Assembly (NCBI RefSeq): GCF_000014785.1
Contig: NC_008340.1
Coordinates: forward strand, 690,001 to 722,000
Direction of reading: 5' to 3'
DNA: 32,000 bases
Source: Alkalilimnicola ehrlichii MLHE-1
GTDB taxonomy: Bacteria; Pseudomonadota; Gammaproteobacteria; Nitrococcales; Halorhodospiraceae
The position numbers were made by a program, and so were the translations under genes. The notes under the pieces were generated by a model. The model was not told the origin of the DNA. It saw nothing but the letters and a program-made list of their open reading frames with translations, and ran no database searches. Positions 25,591 through 32,000 of the stretch are shown piece after piece (the stretch's first letter is position 1; the number at the start of each line of letters is the position of its first letter).

Positions 25591-28380
25591 ATGGCGGACG
25601 ATCAGCGGCAGGGCGAGGCAGGTACCGGATTGCCGGAGGGGGCCGGCAATGACCAGGCCTGGCATGCACTCTCGTGCGAGCAGGTGCGCCGGCACTGGGC
25701 GGTCACCCGGGAGGGGCTGAGTCCCGACGAGGCCCGGGACCGGCTCGACCGGTACGGTCGCAACGAGCTCAAGCCGCCCGAACGCGCCAGTGCGCTGGTG
25801 CGCTTCCTGCGCCATTTCCACAACATCCTCATCTACATCCTGATTGCCGCCGCCATCGGCACCGCCCTGCTGGGCCACTGGGTGGACACCGGCGTGATCG
25901 CCGCCGTGGTGCTCATCAACACCCTGATCGGCTTCGTCCAGGAGGGCAAGGCGGAGAAGGCCCTGGATGCCATCCGCCAGATGCTCTCGCCCATGGCGGT
26001 GGTGGTGCGCGACGGCAAGCGCCGGGAGGTCCCGGCCGCCGAGATCGTCCCCGGTGACATCATCCACCTGCAGGCCGGCGACAAGGTGCCGGCGGACCTG
26101 CGGCTGCTCGAGGCCAAGAACCTACGCATCGAGGAGGCAGTGCTCACCGGTGAATCGGTGCCGGTGGAGAAGGGGCTGGACCCGGTGGCCAAGGACGCCC
26201 CGCTCGGGGACCGCGCCGGCATGGCCTACTCCGGCACCCTGGTCACCTTCGGTCGCGGGGTGGGGGTGGTGGTGGCCACCGGCGAGCGGACCGAGATCGG
26301 CCGCATCTCCGCCATGCTGGGCGAGGTGGAGAGCCTGCAGACGCCGCTGGTGCGGCAGGTGGAGCAGTTCGGCCGCTGGCTGGCGGCGGTGATCATTGCC
26401 ATCTCCGCGGCCACCTTCGCCTTCGGCTACTGGGTGCGCGACTACCCGCTGGATGAGATGTTCTTGGCCGCGGCCAGCCTGGCGGTGTCCAGCATCCCCG
26501 AAGGGCTGCCGGCGATCATGACCATTGCCCTGGCCATCGGGGTGCAGAAGATGGCCCGGCGCAACGCCATCATCCGCAAGCTGCCGGCGGTGGAGACCCT
26601 GGGGTCAGTGTCGGCGATCTGTTCCGACAAGACCGGCACCCTGACCCGCAATGAGATGACCGTGCAGGTGCTGGCCTTCTGCGACCGGCAGGTGGAGGTG
26701 GACGGGGTGGGTTACGCCCCCCACGGTGGGTTTTCCATTAATGATCGCGACGTCGACCCGGAGGATAACCCGGCCCTCTGGGAGACCCTGCGCGCCGGTC
26801 TGCTCTGCAACGACGCCCAGCTCTACGAGAAGAACGGCGACTGGGTGATGGAGGGCGACCCCACCGAGGGGGCGTTGCTGACCGTGGCGCGCAAAGCGGG
26901 CATGGATCCGCAGCGTCAGCAGGAGCGATACCCGCGGATTGATGTGATCCCCTTCGAGTCCGACCACAAGTACATGGCGACCCTGCACCACGACCACCAC
27001 GGGCACGAGGTGATCTACCTCAAGGGGGCGCCGGAGCGGGTGCTGTCGCTCTGCCGGCGGCAAATGGGCAGGGAGGGCCCGGAACCGCTGGACGAGTCCC
27101 GTTGGAAGGGCCTCATGGACGGGGTGGCGGGCCGCGGCCAGCGGCTGCTGGCCATTGCCGCCCGTGACGGGAAGCCGGGGCAGCGCACCCTGGATTACGA
27201 GCACGTGGAGCAGGGCGATTTCACCCTGATGGCCGTGGTGGGGATTATCGACCCGCCCCGGGACGAGGCCATCCGGGCGGTGAAAGAGTGCATCGGGGCC
27301 GGCGTGCGGGTGAAGATGATCACCGGCGACCATCTGATCACCGCCCGCGCCGTGGGCGACATGCTGGGGATCAACAGACAGGGCGGCGGTCGGGCGCTGA
27401 GCGGGCACCAGATCGACGCGATGGACGACCGTGAGCTGCACAGGGCGGTGGCGGTGACCGACGTCTTCGCCCGCACCAGCCCCGAGCACAAGCTGCGGCT
27501 GGTGGAGGCGCTGCAGGCCGGCGGGCGGATCGTGGCCATGACCGGCGATGGGGTGAACGACGCCCCGGCGCTGAAGCGGGCCGATGTGGGGGTGGCCATG
27601 GGCCACAAGGGCACCGAGGCAGCCAAGGAGGCCTCGGAGATGGTGCTGGCCGACGATAACTTCGCCTCCATTGCCCATGCGGTGGAGGAGGGGCGCACGG
27701 TCTATGACAACATCCGCAAGGCCATTCTGCACATGCTGCCCACCAACGCGGGGCAGTCGCTGACCATCATGATGGCCATCCTCATGGGGCTGGCCCTGCC
27801 ACTCACGCCGGTGCAGGTGCTCTGGGTGAACATGGTCACCTCGGTCACCCTGGCCATGGCCCTGGCCTTCGAGCCCAGCGAGCCGGGGGTGATGCGCCGG
27901 CCGCCGCGCGCGCCGGATACGCCGCTGCTCTCCGGCTTCCTGCTCTGGCGCATCCCCTTTGTAGCGGTGCTGCTCTGGATCGGCACCTTCGGCCATTTCG
28001 TCTACATGGAAGAGGTGGTGGGGGTCTCCGACGAGCTGGCCCGCACCGTGGCCATCAACACCCTGGTGGCCGGGCAGGCCTTCTACCTGTTCAACCTGCG
28101 GCTGATCTACCAGCCGGTGCTGGTGGGCGGGGAGATCTTCAAGTCCCGCGCCATGTGGATGGCCATCGGCGTGTTGGTGGTGCTGCAGCTCAGCTTCACC
28201 TACCTGCCCGTCATGAACACCCTCTTCGGGCTGGAGCCCATCGGGATGGCGGACTGGGGCCGCATCCTCGCCTTTGGCCTGGCGGTCTTCGTGATCGTGG
28301 AGCTGGAAAAGGCCGTGCTGCGGCGGCTGCCCTGGGTGGATACCGGTGAAGGCCAGCGGCAGGCGGCCCCGGTGCGCTGA
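25591..28380 (+). CDS. Cation-transporting P-type ATPase, type II (Ca2+/Mg2+-like), 929 aa
   Basis: Contains TGES (LTGESVPVEK), PEGLP in TM4 (SIPEGLPAIMT), the phosphorylation site CSDKTGTLT, and the hinge TGDGVNDAPALKRADVGVAMG. The ATG at 25591 follows the track's TTG by one codon. Confidence 0.9.
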   Translation: MADDQRQGEAGTGLPEGAGNDQAWHALSCEQVRRHWAVTREGLSPDEARDRLDRYGRNELKPPERASALVRFLRHFHNILIYILIAAAIGTALLGHWVDTGVIAAVVLINTLIGFVQEGKAEKALDAIRQMLSPMAVVVRDGKRREVPAAEIVPGDIIHLQAGDKVPADLRLLEAKNLRIEEAVLTGESVPVEKGLDPVAKDAPLGDRAGMAYSGTLVTFGRGVGVVVATGERTEIGRISAMLGEVESLQTPLVRQVEQFGRWLAAVIIAISAATFAFGYWVRDYPLDEMFLAAASLAVSSIPEGLPAIMTIALAIGVQKMARRNAIIRKLPAVETLGSVSAICSDKTGTLTRNEMTVQVLAFCDRQVEVDGVGYAPHGGFSINDRDVDPEDNPALWETLRAGLLCNDAQLYEKNGDWVMEGDPTEGALLTVARKAGMDPQRQQERYPRIDVIPFESDHKYMATLHHDHHGHEVIYLKGAPERVLSLCRRQMGREGPEPLDESRWKGLMDGVAGRGQRLLAIAARDGKPGQRTLDYEHVEQGDFTLMAVVGIIDPPRDEAIRAVKECIGAGVRVKMITGDHLITARAVGDMLGINRQGGGRALSGHQIDAMDDRELHRAVAVTDVFARTSPEHKLRLVEALQAGGRIVAMTGDGVNDAPALKRADVGVAMGHKGTEAAKEASEMVLADDNFASIAHAVEEGRTVYDNIRKAILHMLPTNAGQSLTIMMAILMGLALPLTPVQVLWVNMVTSVTLAMALAFEPSEPGVMRRPPRAPDTPLLSGFLLWRIPFVAVLLWIGTFGHFVYMEEVVGVSDELARTVAINTLVAGQAFYLFNLRLIYQPVLVGGEIFKSRAMWMAIGVLVVLQLSFTYLPVMNTLFGLEPIGMADWGRILAFGLAVFVIVELEKAVLRRLPWVDTGEGQRQAAPVR

Positions 28381-28429
28381 CCGCCCGGGCTTGGGTGAGG
28401 TGCCGGCCGCGGGCAAGCGGGCGCGGTGC

Positions 28430-30223
28430 TCAGGGGCGGGAGGATCGGCGCCCCGGGCGCAGCAGGTCCAGTAGCAGGCGGGGCAGGTTGTGTCCGGGCT
28501 GCTCAGGGTCGGCCTGGTGCCCGAGGGCCAGGCCCACGTCCGTGACTTCGCGCTTGTCCCGCACCGCCCTCACGATGAGTTCCACCGGTCCGAGCGGTAC
28601 CCGGTCACCCACTACCGGACGACCCTGTAACGCCCGGCGCATGTGCTCGGCAATGGATTCGTCCGGCGGTAGGTCCCCCAAATCGACGCCGTAGGCCGCC
28701 TGCAACGCGGAGAGGGGCTGGTCCGGGTTGATCCGCAACTCGCCGAAGAAGGCCTGGTCGTCCTTGCTCGGCGGGACCGGGCGGGCGAACACCCGGTCCA
28801 GCAAGCCGAGGTAATCGGGTGGGATGAAGATGTAGACGTAATCGCCGGGCTGCAGATGGCTGGCATCCTGGTAGCGGATGGTCTGCTCATTGCGCACCAC
28901 CAGTGACGGCCGCGCCCAACGTGGTAGCGGCTCGCCTTTCCCCACCGGGCTGTCCTCGGTAACCCGGTAAACCGCCAACTCGTGGCGCGGCGCGCCGGGC
29001 AGGGCCAGTTCCACCCGTTCCACCGGGCCGAGCTGTTCGGGCACGATCAGGTTCAGGCGCCGGGCGGCGGGGCGGATGGTCCAGCCCTGGATCAGCAGCG
29101 AGGTGAGCACCATGATGAAGGCCACGTTGAGGAACAGTTGGCCATTCTCCACCCCCGCCACGATGGGCAGTATCCCGAGCAGGATGGAGACGGCCCCGCG
29201 CAGCCCCACCCAGGAGAGAAAGGTGGTGGCCTCCCGTTCCAGCCGAAAGGGCAGTACGCACAGCCAGACGGCCAGCGGACGGGCAATCAGCATCAGGAAC
29301 AGGCCCAGGGCGATGGCCGGCATGGCCACCGGGATGAATTCCGAGGGGGTCGCGATCAGCCCCAGCACCAGGAACATGATGATCTGCGCCAACCAGGTCA
29401 TACCGGCCTGGTACTGACGCAGCTTGGCCGCACCCCGGATGGCCCGATTGCCGGCGACGATCCCGGCCACGTAAACCGCCAGGAAGCCGCTGCCCCCCAG
29501 GTAGCCGGTGGCAGCAAAGAGGCAGAGCGCCATGGCCATCACGGCGATGGGGTAGAGCGCCTCCTCCAGCTGGATACGGTTGACCAGCTCCACGATCAGA
29601 AAGCCCGCCACCAGGCCCATGACCAGCCCCAGCCCCATCTGCTGGCCGAAGCCGAGCAGAAACTGCAGGCCCCACGGCATCTCGGTGCCACCGGCCAGGA
29701 TTAACTCGATGAAGAACAGGGTCAGGAAGATGGCCATGGGGTCGTTGGAGCCGGATTCCACCTCCAGCACCGAGCGGACCCGCTTGTAGATCTTCACCCC
29801 GCCGGCGCGCAGCAGGAAGAAAACGGCGGCCGCGTCGGTGGAACTGACGATGGCGCCCATCAGGAAGGCATAGGGCCAGGGCAGGTCAAACAGGAAGTGA
29901 GCCGCCACACCCACCAGCAACGTGGTGAGCAGGACGCCCACGGTGGCCAGGATAATCGCCGGCCCTGCGGCCCGGCGCAGGGTCTGGACCGGTGTGCCAA
30001 AGCCGGAATCGAACAGGATGACGGCCAGCGCCAGGCTGCCGACGAGGTAGGCCAGATCGGCATCGTTGAAGACGAACCCCAGCCCGTCCTCTCCGGCGAT
30101 CAGGCCGATGCAGAGGAAAACCAGCAGCAGGGGCGCGCCGAAGCGAAAGGCGATCACCGAGGTGAACACCGAGAGGGCGATCAGGCCGGCCCCGATCAGG
30201 ATGAGCGGATAGATCCAGTCCAT
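28430..30223 (-). CDS. K+/H+ antiporter, CPA1 family (NhaP2/CvrA-like) with a C-terminal TrkA-C-like domain (597 aa)
   Basis: The N-terminus MDWIYPLILIGAGLIALSVFTSVIAFRFGAPLLLVFLCIGLIAGEDGLG is typical. About 13 TM helices are followed by a soluble tail of about 200 aa. Confidence 0.85.
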   Translation of the reverse strand: MDWIYPLILIGAGLIALSVFTSVIAFRFGAPLLLVFLCIGLIAGEDGLGFVFNDADLAYLVGSLALAVILFDSGFGTPVQTLRRAAGPAIILATVGVLLTTLLVGVAAHFLFDLPWPYAFLMGAIVSSTDAAAVFFLLRAGGVKIYKRVRSVLEVESGSNDPMAIFLTLFFIELILAGGTEMPWGLQFLLGFGQQMGLGLVMGLVAGFLIVELVNRIQLEEALYPIAVMAMALCLFAATGYLGGSGFLAVYVAGIVAGNRAIRGAAKLRQYQAGMTWLAQIIMFLVLGLIATPSEFIPVAMPAIALGLFLMLIARPLAVWLCVLPFRLEREATTFLSWVGLRGAVSILLGILPIVAGVENGQLFLNVAFIMVLTSLLIQGWTIRPAARRLNLIVPEQLGPVERVELALPGAPRHELAVYRVTEDSPVGKGEPLPRWARPSLVVRNEQTIRYQDASHLQPGDYVYIFIPPDYLGLLDRVFARPVPPSKDDQAFFGELRINPDQPLSALQAAYGVDLGDLPPDESIAEHMRRALQGRPVVGDRVPLGPVELIVRAVRDKREVTDVGLALGHQADPEQPGHNLPRLLLDLLRPGRRSSRP

Positions 30224-30352
30224 GCTGCTAGCCTACTTGGAAAGCCCTCGCTGGTGGACCTCAGCGTGGGTCTTGGGGCATGGCCCGAAGCTCGATCGGG
30301 CCAGTGAAATTCCATGGTATGCTCCCCGGTATTACGACGGAAGGAGAGGGCT

Positions 30353-30703
30353 GTGACGGCGAAACTCCTGGTGGCGGTCATCGCCGATGAACTGGAAGAG
30401 CGGGCTGTGCGGATCGCGAGGGAAGAGGGGGCCCGCGGGGTCACGATACTCTCCGGTCGCGGTATCGGTTTTCCCGAACGCATCACCTTCTTCGGCCTCA
30501 CCTACCGGGGCCTTACCAAGATCCTCCTTTGGGTGCTGCCCGACGCGGCCGCGGAACTCATCTCCGAGCGCCTCAACCGCGAACTCGACCTGATCAAGCC
30601 CGACCAGGGCCTGGCCTTCGTCCTGCCGGTGAGCGAGACCGGGGGGATCGACGTGGAGGCCATCCGCCGGGAGATCATTGCCGGCACCCGGGCCGACGAT
30701 TGA
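30353..30703 (+). CDS. P-II-family (nitrogen-regulator-like) small signalling protein (116 aa)
   Basis: GTG at 30353 lies 2 nt after the strong RBS AAGGAGAGGG. KLLVAVIADELEERAVRIAREEGARGVTILSGRGIGF fits the beta-alpha-beta ferredoxin-like start and T-loop region of P-II-like proteins, and the length is typical. The track's ATG at 30314 lacks an RBS. Confidence 0.65.
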   Translation: MTAKLLVAVIADELEERAVRIAREEGARGVTILSGRGIGFPERITFFGLTYRGLTKILLWVLPDAAAELISERLNRELDLIKPDQGLAFVLPVSETGGIDVEAIRREIIAGTRADD

Positions 30704-30752
30704 CCGTCGACCTTTCCGCTCATCCCACGCGAGCTAAGAAGACAACGAATCA

Positions 30753-32000
30753 GTGAATCAGCTCAAGGAATTTTACGGGATACTCAAGCACGCCTTCCGC
30801 AACCTGCTGCCGATCATTGCGGTGGTGGCCTTCTTCCAGTTCGTGGTGATGCAGGAAGTGCCCGAGGGCATGATGTCCATGGTGCTGGGCCTGGGCATCG
30901 TGGTGCTGGGTGTGGCGCTGTTCCTGCAGGGGCTGGAACTGGGCATCTTTCCCATCGGCAAGAACATCTCCAACGAGTTCGCCAAACGGGGCTCGCTGCC
31001 CCTGCTGATGGTCTTCGGCTTCTGCCTGGGGTTCGCGGCGGTGATCGCCGAACCGGCCCTGATCGCGGTGGCGGATCAGGCGGAGGTGATCAGCGAGGGG
31101 CGGGTGAATGCCTTCACCCTGCGGTTGCTGGTGGCCGGTTCCGTGGGCGCGGTGGTGGCCCTGGGCGTGGTGCGCATCATCCTGGGGCACAGCCTGCACT
31201 GGTACATGATCATCGGCTATATCATCGTGGTTGCCGTCACCTTCTTCTCGCCCGAGGAGATCGTGGGCCTGGCCTACGACTCCGGCGGGGTGACCACCAA
31301 CATCGTCACGGTGCCGCTGATCGCCGCCCTCGGTATCGGGCTGGCGGTCTCCCTGCGCGGGCGCAACGCCCTCACCCACGGCTTTGGCCTGGTGGCGCTG
31401 GCGGTGATGGTGCCCATGATCACCGTGCAGCTCTACGGCATCATGGTCTACACCTTCGGCGAGACGGGCGATGTGGCCGCCAATGGGCTGCAGATGGAGG
31501 CCGAGACCGAGGGGGTGGCCGATCCGGTGGCCGGCAGCGTGCTGCTGGGCATGCTCACGGATCTGGGGCTGATGGTGCGGGACGTGTTGCCTATCATCGG
31601 GGTCATCCTGATCTTCCAGTACCTGGTCATCCGCAAGCGCATCGCCCACCTGCACAAGGTCGTCGCCGGCTTCGTGCTGGTCATCGTCGGGCTGTACGCC
31701 TTCGTGGTGGGGCTGAAACTGGGGCTGTTCCCCATCGGCGAGCGCATGGCCGAGCAGCTCATCGCCCTGGAGGGCTTCTTCTGGCTCTACCTCTTCGCCT
31801 TCACCATCGGGTTTGCCACCACCATGGCCGAGCCGGCGCTGATCGCCATCGGCGACAAGGCGGAGGAGGCGGCCAAGGGCAAGCTCAAGGGCAACGTGAT
31901 CCGGCTGCTGGTGGCGGCCGGGGTGGCCATTGGTATCACTATCGGGGTGCACCGGATCATCACCGGCGACTCCATCCACTACTACATCATGGCCGGTTAT
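30753..32000 (+). CDS. DUF1538-family integral membrane protein with an internal two-fold repeat, 3'-partial; absent from the ORF track
   Basis: Hand translation of the plus strand gives 416 codons from GTG 30753 (in-frame TAA at 30735-30737) to the window end without a stop. The sequence is VNQLKEFYGILKHAFRNLLPIIAVVAFFQ...GLELGIFPIGKNISNEF...AEPALIAVADQAEVIS. A second repeat follows: GLKLGLFPIGERMAEQL...AEPALIAIGDKAEEAA. The 409-aa minus-strand ORF listed here is its antisense shadow. Confidence 0.8.
   Translation, partial: MNQLKEFYGILKHAFRNLLPIIAVVAFFQFVVMQEVPEGMMSMVLGLGIVVLGVALFLQGLELGIFPIGKNISNEFAKRGSLPLLMVFGFCLGFAAVIAEPALIAVADQAEVISEGRVNAFTLRLLVAGSVGAVVALGVVRIILGHSLHWYMIIGYIIVVAVTFFSPEEIVGLAYDSGGVTTNIVTVPLIAALGIGLAVSLRGRNALTHGFGLVALAVMVPMITVQLYGIMVYTFGETGDVAANGLQMEAETEGVADPVAGSVLLGMLTDLGLMVRDVLPIIGVILIFQYLVIRKRIAHLHKVVAGFVLVIVGLYAFVVGLKLGLFPIGERMAEQLIALEGFFWLYLFAFTIGFATTMAEPALIAIGDKAEEAAKGKLKGNVIRLLVAAGVAIGITIGVHRIITGDSIHYYIMAGY

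Noticed and set aside
26605-28416. 603-aa minus-strand ORF
   Set aside because: It is antisense to the P-type ATPase, which carries DKTGT, TGES, PEGL and GDGVNDAP motifs on the plus strand.
28381-28429. Bidirectional terminator between the convergent ATPase and antiporter genes
   Set aside because: There is only an imperfect inverted repeat (about 10 of 13 positions) and no T/A tracts on either side.
30750-31979. 409-aa minus-strand ORF rich in His/Asp/Gln/Gly
   Set aside because: It is the antisense shadow of the plus-strand DUF1538 gene. That gene is absent from the track only because it has no stop inside the window.

Overview
High-G+C proteobacterial chromosome segment, probably from a gammaproteobacterium (taxon not verifiable here). 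There are five blocks. (1) 1-6.9 kb is a visibly lower-G+C, all plus-strand phage-derived block. It holds a DUF3987-type replication gene cut by the window edge, ori-like dyad repeats, small translationally coupled ORFs, a large terminase followed directly by an HK97-type major capsid gene, and fragmentary small ORFs. No portal, protease, tail, lysis or integrase gene is visible. (2) An intact tRNA-Ala(CGC) lies at 7040-7115 (-), with its 3' end facing the phage block. (3) 7.26-16.3 kb (-) is an orphan type VI secretion cargo module: VgrG, a DUF4123 adaptor, a 1225-aa LysM + VasX/BTH_I2691-like multi-transmembrane toxin, and two tandem immunity-like membrane paralogues. The last four genes are chained by ATGA stop/start overlaps. 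No T6SS core genes, hcp or PAAR are in the window. (4) 16.4-22.3 kb (-) is a tripartite RND efflux operon (adaptor, RND pump, outer-membrane factor). (5) 22.5-32 kb holds housekeeping ion and carbon genes: trkH, glgC, a PEGL-type P-type ATPase, a CPA1 K+/H+ antiporter, and a PII-like gene followed by a DUF1538 membrane protein that runs off the window and is missing from the ORF track. The best candidate for something new is the T6SS module. Its toxin has large regions I cannot assign to any family. Its duplicated immunity genes are almost identical except for one hypervariable transmembrane patch. Many long ORFs in the track are antisense shadows typical of high-G+C DNA and were rejected. All family assignments rest on motif recognition by eye, with no database search.
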